A stretch of DNA of 64,000 nt. Origin: Trueperaceae bacterium (GTDB lineage Bacteria; Deinococcota; Deinococci; Deinococcales; Trueperaceae). The notes beneath the pieces were generated by a model, which was not told the DNA's origin, did not search any database, and saw nothing but the letters and a program-made list of their open reading frames with translations. Below are positions 50,594-60,812 of this stretch, one piece after another. Where the stretch lies: NCBI GenBank assembly GCA_965213925.1, contig OZ243927.1, forward strand, positions 1,216,001-1,280,000. Reading direction: 5' to 3'. The translations under genes and the position numbers were made by a program. The first letter of the stretch is position 1; each line of letters starts with the position of its first letter.

Positions 50594-50971
50594 GTGAAAG
50601 AGATTCCGACAGGCCTCTTGGAAAAGAGCACGAAGCGGCTCGTTGACGAATTCGACCCGGAGGCTATTTACCTCTTCGGTTCGCATGCTTGGGGCGTACC
50701 CACCGAGGACAGCGATGTCGACTTAGCTGTTATTGTCGCTTGGGAGGACGCGCCGACACATAGAGATTTCGTGCGGGCGCGTGAGTGTTTGAATGATGTG
50801 CATATAGCTAAAGATGTTTTGATTAAAAGGCAAGCTCGCCTCGAAAGGTATCGCCACGTACCCGCGTCGCTAGAGCATAAGATTACTGAGAAGGGCAAGC
50901 TCCTCTATGAACGAGCAAGAGATTCTAAAGGCGAAAAACGAACTCGTCCAAGAATGGTTAGTCAAAGCTGA
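50594..50971 (+). CDS. Minimal nucleotidyltransferase (MNT)
   Basis: LFGSHAWG...DSDVDLAV. Confidence 0.88.
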   Translation: MKEIPTGLLEKSTKRLVDEFDPEAIYLFGSHAWGVPTEDSDVDLAVIVAWEDAPTHRDFVRARECLNDVHIAKDVLIKRQARLERYRHVPASLEHKITEKGKLLYERARDSKGEKRTRPRMVSQS

Positions 50972-51323
50972 GCGTGATCTCGCTTCGATGCGCGTTCTAA
51001 GTCGAGAAGGATTCTTCGATACGGCGCTCTATCACGCTCAGCAGGCGGCTGAAAAGGCTATCAAGGGACTTTTACTTTTTTATGGACAAGCATTTGAAAA
51101 GACGCATGACATAGAAAAGCTCGTTCGTTTGGGTGTACCTTTTGTTGCAAAGCTTGAACTTCAGCTTCCTGAAGCCAAGCTGCTCACCCCTTACGCGGTT
51201 AGATTTCGTTATCCTGATAATCTTTTAGACCCTGACGAAGAGGAATTTGGCAGAGCTGCGCAAGCCGCTACCAAGTTTTACGGCTTTGTCCTTTCTCAAC
51301 TGCCGAGAGAGGTTCATCCGTGA
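50907..51323 (+). CDS. HEPN-domain protein
   Basis: WLVKAERDL, HAQQAAEKAIK, KTHDI, RYP. Confidence 0.88.
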   Translation: MNEQEILKAKNELVQEWLVKAERDLASMRVLSREGFFDTALYHAQQAAEKAIKGLLLFYGQAFEKTHDIEKLVRLGVPFVAKLELQLPEAKLLTPYAVRFRYPDNLLDPDEEEFGRAAQAATKFYGFVLSQLPREVHP

Positions 51324-52624
51324 TCGAGCGCTACACCACCCCCGAAATGAAAACCCTCTGGAGCGAGACGAGGAAGTACCAGGTCTGGTTGGAGGTCGAA
51401 CTCGCCGCCACACGTGCTTGGGAAGACTTAGGCGACGTTCCGACCGGCACGGCGGAGCGCATCCGCGAAACGCTGAAAAGTAGACCCCTCGACGACGCTT
51501 TTGCGGAGCGGGTCGCAGAAATCGAGGCGCAGACCCGTCACGACATCGTCGCGTTTACGAGAGCCTTGACGGAGCGCGTCGGCGAAGAGGCGAAGTATAT
51601 CCACAAGGGCTTGACGAGCACCGACGTGGTGGACTCGGCGCAGAACCTCCTACTCAAAGAGGCGTTGGAGATCATCTTGCGCGACGTTCGCGTTCTTCAA
51701 GAGGTCGTGAAGGAGAAAGCGGTCGCGCACAAATACACGCCCTGTATTGGACGCACGCACGGTATCCACGCGGAGCCGATGACCTTTGGACTCAAGTTTC
51801 TCAACTTTTACGCGGCGCTGTCGCGTGACGTGGAGCGCTTAGAGAGGGCTAAAGACGCTGTGAGCGTGGTGATGCTCTCGGGCTCGGTCGGGACGTACGC
51901 GCACGTGCCGCCGGAGGTCGAAGAGAGGGTCGCCGAGCGTTTAGAGTTGCACATTGACCCCGTCACCAACCAAACGGTCGCGCGTGACCGTCACGCCGAA
52001 CTGATGAGCGCGCTGGCGATTTTCGGCACGACTTTAGAGCGCGTCGCCGTCGAGATTCGCCACCTTCAGCGCACGGAGGTGCGCGAGGCGCAAGAGGGCT
52101 TTAGGAAGGGTCAGACGGGCTCGTCGAGTATGCCGCACAAGAAAAACCCGATTGCCACCGAGAACATCTCCGGGCTGGCGCGGCTCATGCGCTCGAACCT
52201 GCAAGCGGCTCTGGAGAACGTCGCGCTGTGGCACGAGCGCGACATCTCGCACTCGTCGGTGGAGCGCGTCATTTTGCCCGACACGACGACGCTGGCGAGC
52301 TACGCGGCGCGGCGGCTGGCGAGGGTCGTCCAGAACCTCGTCGTCTACCCCGAAAACATGCGCGAAAACTTGGACGCCCTACATGGGCTCGTCTATTCCC
52401 AGCGCGTCTTGCACCTACTCATCGACAAGGGGATGACGCGCGAAGAGGCGTACGAGGTGGTGCAGCGCAACAGCCTGACCTCTTGGGAAAATAGCGTGCC
52501 CCTTAGAGACCTCATCCACGCGGACCCCCTGAGCCCCTTGACCGAAGACGAGCTAGCCGAAGCGTTCGACCCCGCATGGTATTTGCGGCAGGTGGACGCA
52601 CTTTACCTACGTTTCGGTCTATGA
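51320..52624 (+). CDS. purB: Adenylosuccinate lyase
   Basis: MIERY, GRTHGIHAEP, GSSSMPHKKNP. Confidence 0.97.
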   Translation: MIERYTTPEMKTLWSETRKYQVWLEVELAATRAWEDLGDVPTGTAERIRETLKSRPLDDAFAERVAEIEAQTRHDIVAFTRALTERVGEEAKYIHKGLTSTDVVDSAQNLLLKEALEIILRDVRVLQEVVKEKAVAHKYTPCIGRTHGIHAEPMTFGLKFLNFYAALSRDVERLERAKDAVSVVMLSGSVGTYAHVPPEVEERVAERLELHIDPVTNQTVARDRHAELMSALAIFGTTLERVAVEIRHLQRTEVREAQEGFRKGQTGSSSMPHKKNPIATENISGLARLMRSNLQAALENVALWHERDISHSSVERVILPDTTTLASYAARRLARVVQNLVVYPENMRENLDALHGLVYSQRVLHLLIDKGMTREEAYEVVQRNSLTSWENSVPLRDLIHADPLSPLTEDELAEAFDPAWYLRQVDALYLRFGL

Positions 52625-52677
52625 CGAGTGCCTGACGTTCTGCCGCTTGGAGGCGCTTTTACCGCGTTCCAATAGCG

Positions 52678-52710
52678 AAGCAACGCAGCCGTCACAGTGC
52701 TGCGTTGCTT
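52678..52710. terminator. Hairpin between purB and a convergent ORF
   Basis: AAGCAACGCAGC / GCTGCGTTGCTT. Confidence 0.6.
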
Positions 52711-52759
52711 ACGTGGGTTTCTGAGTTGGATTAAATATCTCGTTTCGTGGTCCGACCAC

Positions 52760-52942
52760 CTAGAGCCAGAGTCGCCGCGCTAGCTCCTGCTGGGCGAGAA
52801 CGAACGCCTCGTAATCTTCGATGCGGGCCGTGCCCTCGGAGATAGATTCTTCGCAAGTGGCGATGACCTCGCGAAGCTCTTGGTTGGAGAGCTGCGGAAT
52901 GCTCTCATGTACGCTGCTGTGCTCGATGCGCTGTACCATCAA
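52760..52942 (-). CDS. Small hypothetical protein
   Basis: SD GGGAGG; helical 60 aa. Confidence 0.6.
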   Translation of the reverse strand: MMVQRIEHSSVHESIPQLSNQELREVIATCEESISEGTARIEDYEAFVLAQQELARRLWL

Positions 52943-53127
52943 ACAACCTCCCTTATGTAGTTAGAGAGTAGCAGAGCGACTCTTACAAAATTCTCACGGT
53001 AAGGTTTACGGGCTTTAATCTTGCTCTGTAATGAACGTTTGGTGAAAGAAGGTGCCGTCCTCTCGAGTCGACCCTAGACAACACTTTTAGACGCTAGTTT
53101 GGTGGGCTCGAGAAGGAAGAAAGCAAT

Positions 53128-53221
53128 GTGCCGTCAACCGAATATCGCCACCTTCTTACTCGTATCACCCCGAACGCCTGTGAAGGGTCTCGTCCTCCGA
53201 TCCCGGCTAATCGAGAAGGCG
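53128..53221. mobile_element. Truncated family-A MITE half
   Basis: CCGTCAAC...TCACCCCG...GGGTCTCGTCCTCC similar to 12269-12363. Confidence 0.55.
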
Positions 53222-53337
53222 TCAGTACCAAGCTGACCGTGTAGTAGAAGAGCAAACGAAAAAAAGACGCGCATCGGCTCCCTTTAAGGGCGCACCGCGC
53301 AAACGAATAGTGGGAAAAAGCCGTGTATGCTAAACCC

Positions 53338-54096
53338 ATGACCGACACCCACTGCCACCTCGACTACTGCGAAGACCCCGAACGCGCCGCCGCCGCGGAC
53401 CTAAGCGCCATCGTCAGCATCGGCACGACCTTAGAGCGCTGCAAAAGGACGCTGCAACTCGCCGAGAGGTTTGAGCGCGTGTGGGCGGCGGTGGGTATCC
53501 ATCCGAACGACGTAGAGGAGGCGGACGAACCCCTCGTCCGCGAGCAGATAGAAGACCTTGCGCGCCACCCTAAGGTCGTCGCTATCGGCGAAACGGGCGT
53601 GGACACCTACTGGGACAAGCACCCCGTAGAGGCGCAGCGCGAGAGCTTTCTCTGGCAAGCCGACCTCGCGAAACGCCTGGACAAGCCGCTTATCTTGCAC
53701 GTGCGCGACAAAGAAGGGCAGGAGGACGCCTCACAGGAGGCGCTCAGGCTCATCACCCGAGCGGCGCATCCCAAAGGTATTTTGCACTGCTTTAACGGTC
53801 ATGAAGCGCTGCTGGAAGGTGGCTTAGAACTCGGCTGGTACGTCTCTTTTGCGGGCAACCTCACCTACAAAAACGCCGAACTCATTCAGGCAGCCGCGAA
53901 GCGCGTTCCGCGCGAGCGGCTCCTCGTCGAAACGGACAGCCCCTACCTCACCCCCCAAGCGAAGCGCGGCGAGCGCAACGTCCCCGCGAACGTGCGCTTT
54001 ACCGCGCAGTTTTTAGCGGAGTTGCGCGAGGAGAGCTTGGCGAGTATCGAAGAGGTCACGGACGCCAATGCGAAGCGCGTGTACGGCTTGTCGTGA
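53338..54096 (+). CDS. tatD: TatD-family deoxyribonuclease
   Basis: DTHCH, GIHP, IGETG, LHCF, VETDSPYL; TATGCT 6 nt before ATG. Confidence 0.92.
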   Translation: MTDTHCHLDYCEDPERAAAADLSAIVSIGTTLERCKRTLQLAERFERVWAAVGIHPNDVEEADEPLVREQIEDLARHPKVVAIGETGVDTYWDKHPVEAQRESFLWQADLAKRLDKPLILHVRDKEGQEDASQEALRLITRAAHPKGILHCFNGHEALLEGGLELGWYVSFAGNLTYKNAELIQAAAKRVPRERLLVETDSPYLTPQAKRGERNVPANVRFTAQFLAELREESLASIEEVTDANAKRVYGLS

Positions 54097-54188
54097 TGTA
54101 GAAAAAGGGGCGAATAAGAGGTAATGGGTCAAGGTCACGCGCCTCATGAGCAGAATCCAACTCCCGCTATAGACATATTCATATTCAG

Positions 54189-54399
54189 TACGTTGTCAAC
54201 TAAAAAATGAGTGATGTCATTCTGTTCACGTAGTCGGGCGGAGCCTTGCGGAACGAAGTGGAGCGTAAGAATCTCTGACCTTGCTGACTCCTCTGACTGA
54301 GATTGAACGACGAGACCCTTACGCCTTCGCCGGACTTCGTCTGACTGCGTGAACAGGGTGACATCAGTAAGAAGGTATCAATACTTAGTTGACGGTGTA
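54189..54399. mobile_element. Family-A MITE
   Basis: TACGTTGTCAACTAA / TTAGTTGACGGTGTA; TTCAG/TTTAG flanks. Confidence 0.82.
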
Positions 54400-54485
54400 T
54401 TTAGTGAGCATTCTAGAGAAAGCCACGACCCATACAGAGTAGAAGCGTCTATAGTCTACCTTTTCACTCCGACTGTTTTGCTCAG

Positions 54486-54893
54486 CTACGACCTCAGCTC
54501 ACGTCCGATCAGCTTCACGTTCTCTTGCTCCTTGGGCGCGCGGTCGTAGCGCAGCATCTGGGCGAGGCGTTCGCGCGAGATAACGTGGTGGGCGTCTTTG
54601 GGAATAAAGGCGGTGACGACGTCTACCCATCTCGGCTTGGCGTACTCGAGCACCACATGGAGCGGTATCTGCACCTCCGCGCTCGGGCGGATATAGCCCA
54701 AAACTAAGAGCCGCTCGTCGTGAACGTAGCGTAGCAGCTCGCGCCCGTAGAGCACCGTGCCAATGATGTCGCGCTCAGTAAAGCCCTCACACGCGGCGTG
54801 TTTGACGGCGTGCGCGCCTATGCGGTAGTCACCGCGCTTCACCAAAGGCTGAAGCTCCTGGAGTGTGCGAACCCTAGGTCGTTTGGTTTTCAT
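54486..54893 (-). CDS. DUF4258-like protein
   Basis: HAVKH...RLLVLG...PLHVV...VVTAFIP; SD GGAGGA. Confidence 0.7.
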   Translation of the reverse strand: MKTKRPRVRTLQELQPLVKRGDYRIGAHAVKHAACEGFTERDIIGTVLYGRELLRYVHDERLLVLGYIRPSAEVQIPLHVVLEYAKPRWVDVVTAFIPKDAHHVISRERLAQMLRYDRAPKEQENVKLIGRELRS

Positions 54894-55436
54894 GTGTTCC
54901 TCCACGCTGAGGAAGATGTTCGTTTGGAAAAGCCCCCGCCCTTCGCCCGCGTTCCCCGATTTACATCTGCGGATCAACCCACGTGAATCAACCCGCATAA
55001 ATCAACCCAAGGTCACATCAAAAAGCAGAGTGCTGCCGTAAGCGGTAAACAATGTATGGGTTACATAGTTTAAGGTAGCACATTTCTGGCGCAAGTATTT
55101 GAGATGGTTCACAAAGCGAGTCAAATTTCCCCGTAAAAAGGCGCTCTAAGCGCACTAGGCAAACGCTTCATCGCCATAGGTCCCCTAAAAGCTAGCGGGA
55201 GCGAAGTGTGCGCGTCAGCCTCCGATTACGTAGTCTTCACGAATGTGAAAGGGACGGGCGGTTCGCTGAACTGAAAGGGGATTCACGCTACCGCGTTCAG
55301 ATTGGTCTTGCTTACCGTTCAAGTGACAGTGTACTGGGCGCAAAAGTTTGAGGTAACGAGGCTGTCCGCTCCGTATGAAGAGTCACCGGCGAAGCTGGGC
55401 GCGTCCAAGGCGGCGTTGTCTCTTGCGCGCAACAAG

Positions 55437-55465
55437 CTGACGCAAGAATGAAATTGGCGTATTAT
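55437..55465 (+). promoter_or_regulatory. Sigma70 promoter of the S8 peptidase
   Basis: CTGACG-N17-TATTAT. Confidence 0.5.
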
Positions 55466-55576
55466 ACTAGAAGTGAAAGAGCAGCGGTGTGAAAAACTTC
55501 AAATCATCTGATTTGGCGCTTCTGACGCTCGAGCAGGTGGTGAGCCGGTAGCGGGACCGGCTTAGGAGGAGGGGAC

Positions 55577-56887
55577 ATGAAAGACGCGGGGCTGAAACAA
55601 TCTGAACGCAGGGCGAGGAAGCGTGCGGACATCGGTATAGCCTTCCTTGTCGCGCTTCTTCTTACCTTGACGGCGTGCGGCAGTCCGAGCGTGTCGCCGC
55701 CCCAAAGAGAACCCGAACGCTTCGACTACTCGCTCAGCGTAGATATCTCCCCCCAAACGAGCCGAGCTGAACTCGAGGCGAAGTACGGCGCTAAAATCGT
55801 CGTGTGGCGTCCCGAGGCAGGCTTCGCCGTGTTAGGTCTGCATGATACGGGCGGACTGCGCACGCAAGGCGCGAAGAAGAATGGGGATGCATTCGAAGTA
55901 CCCGAGGTTACAAAGAAAGTTACCCATGGGAACGGACATACTTCGTGGTCGGGTGGACGCAATGCCTGGAGCGGAGGTCGAAACGCCTGGAGTGGCGGGC
56001 GCGACGCTCACGGCAGCGAGCTAACAACGTTTACAAAGAACTTAGCCTATTGGGACCAAGTCAACCTACCTGAAGCGCAAGCGCTCGCGCCGAGTCTAGG
56101 CAAGGGGGTTGTGGTTGCCGTCATCGATACGGGCATCGACCTCGCCCATCCAGCTTTCGCCGATAAGCTCACCCCCGCTCACGAGTGGAAGGATTTTGTA
56201 GACGGCGACGCCCACCCGCAAGAGGTAAAAGGGACGAACTACGGGCACGGCACGGGGGTCGCTGACCTCATCCTTCAGGTCGCCCCTAACGTCACCCTCT
56301 TGCCGATTCGGGCGCTCGGTCCTGACGGCGCAGGCGATACGCTCGACGTCATCGCCGCCATTGACTACGCCGTTCAACAGGGCGCGGACATCGTCAACCT
56401 GTCGCTCGGCACGGACACCCAGGAGAAGGTGCTCAAAAAACTCGTCAAGTACGCCACGAAGCAAGAGGTACTCATCGTCGCTTCGGTAGGCAACAGCGGC
56501 GCGAAGAACATCATGTTTCCCGCTCGGTACGGCGACGAGGTGCTCAGCGTCGGCAGCGTGAACGGGCAGGACGAATTCTCGACGTTTTCAGCCTACGGCA
56601 AGGCGCTCGACCTGACAGCCCCCGGCGAGACGCTCCTCACCGCTAGCCCTGAGCGAGGCGTCATGTTTTGGAGCGGCACCTCCTTCTCCACCCCTATTGT
56701 CTCAGGCGCGGCTGCGCTAGCATTGGGCGAAAACCATCCCAAGGTGAAGGCTAAAACCCTCGGCAAAAAGCTTGCCAACACCTCTGACGATATAAGGAAC
56801 GTGGGTGGAAATGGACTTTACAAAAAGAACCACCTCGGTGAAGGGCGTCTCGATATCGAAGACTTTCTAAAGAAAGTTCTCAAGTAG
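55577..56887 (+). CDS. S8 subtilisin-like serine peptidase lipoprotein
   Basis: Lipobox LTAC; IDTG, HGT, GTSFS triad; WSGGRNA repeats. Confidence 0.92.
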   Translation: MKDAGLKQSERRARKRADIGIAFLVALLLTLTACGSPSVSPPQREPERFDYSLSVDISPQTSRAELEAKYGAKIVVWRPEAGFAVLGLHDTGGLRTQGAKKNGDAFEVPEVTKKVTHGNGHTSWSGGRNAWSGGRNAWSGGRDAHGSELTTFTKNLAYWDQVNLPEAQALAPSLGKGVVVAVIDTGIDLAHPAFADKLTPAHEWKDFVDGDAHPQEVKGTNYGHGTGVADLILQVAPNVTLLPIRALGPDGAGDTLDVIAAIDYAVQQGADIVNLSLGTDTQEKVLKKLVKYATKQEVLIVASVGNSGAKNIMFPARYGDEVLSVGSVNGQDEFSTFSAYGKALDLTAPGETLLTASPERGVMFWSGTSFSTPIVSGAAALALGENHPKVKAKTLGKKLANTSDDIRNVGGNGLYKKNHLGEGRLDIEDFLKKVLK

Positions 56888-57288
56888 TGGGGTGCGCCGC
56901 CCGTTGGTGCTCTTTGAGGGGTCTGATCGTCCGCTTAGGGCGCAAACCCGAGCTAGGCATCAGGTACCTCGTCTGCTCGAGGCGGGGTTCCTGCTTCGCC
57001 ACGCAAGGTGGAAATTGCGCGCTAAGGGTGATATACTTCACATCAACATAGGTGTTGTTTAGTCCTGAGTCGCTCGAGGAAGAGGAAGCACGCTTTTACG
57101 GTGTGACTTTGGTAACAGAGGTCCCTCAAAGGTGACACCCTTTGTTTCACTCCGCCCCTACGGACTTTTAGACTGCGTAACAGCCTTCAGAAGAACGTGA
57201 TGCCAGCTTGGCCACTACGAACGTCGTGTACGAACAAATGTCAATGCAGCCTGAACACCCACCGAGACCGCGTATCTGAGGACTAACT

Positions 57289-59082
57289 ATGATGGACATG
57301 AGCGTCGAAACGTCAGCGGAGGGGCGCGAAGCGCCGTCCATCCTCCACGTTGATGAGCTTAACGCGCTCGCCTGGGAGCTGCGCCGCACCGACCCGAAGC
57401 AGTCGCGGAAACTCAGTGATGAAGCACTTCAAGGCGCGCGGGTGGTTGGCTACGCGCGGGGTCAAGCGTACAGCCAACTCGTTCTCGGCTACAGCGCGAT
57501 GCGCTCGTCTGACTTTCAAGTTGCGTTGGACAAGTTGCACGCGGCTTTAGAGTACTTTGAGCACTCAGGGGATAAAGAGGGGAGCTGTCAAGCACTCAAC
57601 ACGCTAGGCATTGTGTACGGTCAGTCTGGTAACTACCCGGACGCTCTCAAAACGTTTCTTATCTTGCAGCCCCTTTGCGCTGAATTGGGCGACCCCAAGA
57701 GTCTAGCTGACGCGATGAACAATACAGGTATTGCGTACTTTAACCTCGGGGAATACGCGAACGCGCTCGATTATTATCTGCAGGCACTTGAAACCTTCAA
57801 GACGCTGCATCATCTCAGTGGTGAGGTCGAGGCTCTCGTCAATATCGGACTGGTTTACTTTGAAAGGGGCAGCTTCGAGGAAGCGCTAGACGCCTTTTCA
57901 CAAGTTCACTTAGACGAGGTTAAAGACAGCCACACGAAAGCACTACTTCTCAACCATCTAGGCCGCACCCACTTGCAACTCGGTCACTTCGAGGAGGCGC
58001 TCGCTCACAACGAGGAAAGCTTCGCGCTTATGAACGCTTTAGGTGACCGCCTAAACGCGAGCTACGTTCAAGACGACTTCGCCGCTATCTACCTCAAACT
58101 CGCTCAGCCGGAGCAAGCCGAGCACTATCTGCACCAGAGCCTTGGGGTCAAGAGGGACGCAGGCGACACGAAGGGCGAAGCCGAGACCTGCTTGCAACTC
58201 GGGCAGCTCTACTTGCATATGGGTAGGCTCGAGCCCGCTTTAGACACGCTCCACGAAGGTCTGGCGAGCGCCCAGCGCAGCGGCGCGAAGGTCGAGGTGA
58301 AAAGAGCGCACCGCGCCCTCGCCGAAGCGTACAAAAGGAACCGGCAGTTGCGCGAAGCCTGCTTGCACTTCGAACTCCACGAGCAGCTTACAGAAGAGGT
58401 CTTTAACCGCGCGTCCGACCTGCGGCTGCAGGCGCTGCGCGTCCACTATGAGGTCGAACAGACCGAGCGTGAAAAGGAACTCTACCGCCTTAAAAACGTT
58501 GAGCTTGCGCACGCGGTCGAGGCGCTCCACGAGCTGACCGCCTCTTTGCAGGCCGCCAACGACGAGAAGGCGGTGCTCGTGGACACGCTCGAGCGGCAGT
58601 CGCGTGAAGACGCCCTGACGGGCCTCTACAACCGCCGCTACGCCGACCAGCAGCTGGAGCGGGCGTTCTCGCAGGCGCAGCGCTACAGCCGCCCGCTGAG
58701 CGTCGCGGTCTGTGACATCGACCACTTCAAGCGCGTCAACGACACCTTTTCACATCAGATGGGCGACGCGGTTTTGAAAGAGGTCGCTAGGCTCCTGCAG
58801 ACGGGTATCCGCCAGGGCGACATCGCCGCGCGGTACGGCGGCGAAGAGTTCATCTTGCTCCTACCCGAGACCGCCGCCCCGGACGCGGCGCGCATCGTCG
58901 AGCGCATCTTGGCTGAGGTGGCGCGTCATCCTTGGCACGCCCTCCACCCCGACCTCGCAATAACGATGAGCGCGGGCATCTCCGACGACCTCTCCGCCCG
59001 GAGCTACGAAGGGCTCGTCGGGCGCGCGGACATCAAGCTCTACGAGGCGAAGCACGGGGGCAGAAACCAAGCGAGAGTGTGA
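57289..59082 (+). CDS. TPR-repeat diguanylate cyclase
   Basis: TPR array; DALTGLYNRR, RQGD I-site, GGEEF. Confidence 0.92.
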   Translation: MMDMSVETSAEGREAPSILHVDELNALAWELRRTDPKQSRKLSDEALQGARVVGYARGQAYSQLVLGYSAMRSSDFQVALDKLHAALEYFEHSGDKEGSCQALNTLGIVYGQSGNYPDALKTFLILQPLCAELGDPKSLADAMNNTGIAYFNLGEYANALDYYLQALETFKTLHHLSGEVEALVNIGLVYFERGSFEEALDAFSQVHLDEVKDSHTKALLLNHLGRTHLQLGHFEEALAHNEESFALMNALGDRLNASYVQDDFAAIYLKLAQPEQAEHYLHQSLGVKRDAGDTKGEAETCLQLGQLYLHMGRLEPALDTLHEGLASAQRSGAKVEVKRAHRALAEAYKRNRQLREACLHFELHEQLTEEVFNRASDLRLQALRVHYEVEQTEREKELYRLKNVELAHAVEALHELTASLQAANDEKAVLVDTLERQSREDALTGLYNRRYADQQLERAFSQAQRYSRPLSVAVCDIDHFKRVNDTFSHQMGDAVLKEVARLLQTGIRQGDIAARYGGEEFILLLPETAAPDAARIVERILAEVARHPWHALHPDLAITMSAGISDDLSARSYEGLVGRADIKLYEAKHGGRNQARV

Positions 59083-59083
59083 C

Positions 59084-59308
59084 GTGCTAACCATCTTCTT
59101 CGAGCGTTCAGGAGGAGGGGCTAAGGCTGATTTAGAGGCGTTTCGCGCGACCCTTCAGGATAGCCGAGGCTGTCAAGGTGTTCGGCTGTTAGCGAGTACA
59201 CAGGAGCGCGGGCTCTACCTGCTCGTAAGCACCTGGACGCCCGGCAGCGAACCGCCCGCCGCGCCGGAAGGGACGAAGGTGTGGATGTTTCGCGACGCCG
59301 AAGGCTAG
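59084..59308 (+). CDS. ABM-like (antibiotic biosynthesis monooxygenase fold) small protein
   Basis: GVRLLAS...LYLLVSTW; 1 bp after the upstream gene. Confidence 0.6.
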   Translation: MLTIFFERSGGGAKADLEAFRATLQDSRGCQGVRLLASTQERGLYLLVSTWTPGSEPPAAPEGTKVWMFRDAEG

Positions 59309-59353
59309 GGATGCGCTACAGCGTCTCCGTTCCTGCACCCTTAGAGTACGCCT

Positions 59354-60235
59354 ATGGCTGATTCGAGACCAGCAGAACCCTCTTTCGTCGATACGGCGTA
59401 CCGTTTAGAAACTGAGGGGGCCGAGCTTTACTTAGAAGTCGTCGGACCTCAGGGCGCGCCGCCCCTCTTCTATTTGCATAGCGGACCCGGCTACAACAGC
59501 TACTCCTTTCGCGACCTCATGGGCGACGAGTTGGAGCGCTACCGCGTCGTCTACGCCGACCAGCGCGGCGCGGGGCGCAGCCCGATAACAGGTCAAGGGG
59601 GCGACGCGCTTAACTTAGAGCGGCTCGCGGACGACGTGGTGGCGATTTTAGACGGGCTCGAGCTGGAGTCCGCTACCCTCTTGGCGCACGGCTTCGGCGC
59701 GACCATCGCTTTGAGCGTCGCCGCCCGGTACCCAGAGCGCGTGACGCGCCTCCTCTTGGTGAACCCCTGGGTGGATATGTCGCTCTTGGCGCTCGCTATG
59801 CAGCGCGAGGCGGCGCGGCTCAGCGACCACGAAGACGAAGTGGAGGAGATGTCGCCAGCGGAGCGCGTCGAGCAGGCGACCACCTGGCTGAGTGCAAAGC
59901 GGCTTTTCGATGCGATGGAGTTCCCAAAGGCGGGGAGCCGCTTGCGGCTTGAACACGCCGACGCCGAGTCGTTCGCCGGTCTGAGCGAGAGCGTCGCCGC
60001 CGACCCCGGCGACGCGGACATCTGGAACCTCAGCGTGGACCCAGCCGGTATAAGCCACCCCACCGTCGTCCTCATCGGCAAAGACGACAAGACCTGCTAC
60101 CCCGACCAAGCCGAGCGCATCCTGTCCGCGATGCCGCACGCGCTCACAAGCCTTCTGGACGCAGGGCACTACCCCTGGCTCGACGACCCAGAGACCTTCA
60201 CGAGTTTGCTCCACGAAGTGATGGCGCTGAGCTGA
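59354..60235 (+). CDS. Alpha/beta-fold hydrolase with an atypical nucleophile elbow
   Basis: HSGPG, DQRGAGRS, AHGFGA (no Ser), AGHYPW. Confidence 0.85.
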   Translation: MADSRPAEPSFVDTAYRLETEGAELYLEVVGPQGAPPLFYLHSGPGYNSYSFRDLMGDELERYRVVYADQRGAGRSPITGQGGDALNLERLADDVVAILDGLELESATLLAHGFGATIALSVAARYPERVTRLLLVNPWVDMSLLALAMQREAARLSDHEDEVEEMSPAERVEQATTWLSAKRLFDAMEFPKAGSRLRLEHADAESFAGLSESVAADPGDADIWNLSVDPAGISHPTVVLIGKDDKTCYPDQAERILSAMPHALTSLLDAGHYPWLDDPETFTSLLHEVMALS

Positions 60236-60481
60236 CGCAGCCACGTCCGCAAGGAGCACGGTGAGCTGCCCCCGGTCTCCGACTCGCGAGTATCGGTCCT
60301 AGTCGTCATGTGTGAGCGCTCGAGCTAGAACGCCCGCCGCAATATTGGAAGCGGATGAAATTTTGGTTAAAGAGTGCTTAGCTGTTGCACACAGTCCAGA
60401 AAAGCGCTCGGGGGCGCTTTGCCTCTCCTAGTCGTCACACAGAAGGTCTTAGGACCTTAGTCTTAGCTGAGTTTTGGGACC

Positions 60482-60510
60482 TTGACACGTTCATAATTCG
60501 ACGCTACACT
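60482..60510 (+). promoter_or_regulatory. Sigma70 promoter followed by a leader of about 300 nt
   Basis: TTGACA-N17-TACACT. Confidence 0.7.
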
Positions 60511-60812
60511 ACCCTTGTTCGTGTGACATTCTTCGCAGACCATCCTGATTTTCTATGGTAGCGCTGTGCCTGAAAGCGCCTATTATGCCTGAAATCCCGC
60601 GAAGAGCGTCTGTAGCAGACAAGAAAGGCGGTCACTTTTGAGTACCCCTATCATCATGCGACCGAACAAGAAAGGGGGGCAACGGGTGAGATGCAACGTG
60701 ATGCATCAGAGGTACTTACCCATTGTAAACGTAGCGAAGGAGGTTTTGGTAAGAACGGTCATCAGTTGAGGACAACGTCAAACTTGTGTTGTAGCTTTAA
60801 GAGGAGAAAACA

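Noticed and set aside
55944..56002. 21-bp tandem repeats
   Set aside because: These are coding WSGGRNA repeats at the propeptide junction of the S8 peptidase, with synonymous variation; not a DNA element.
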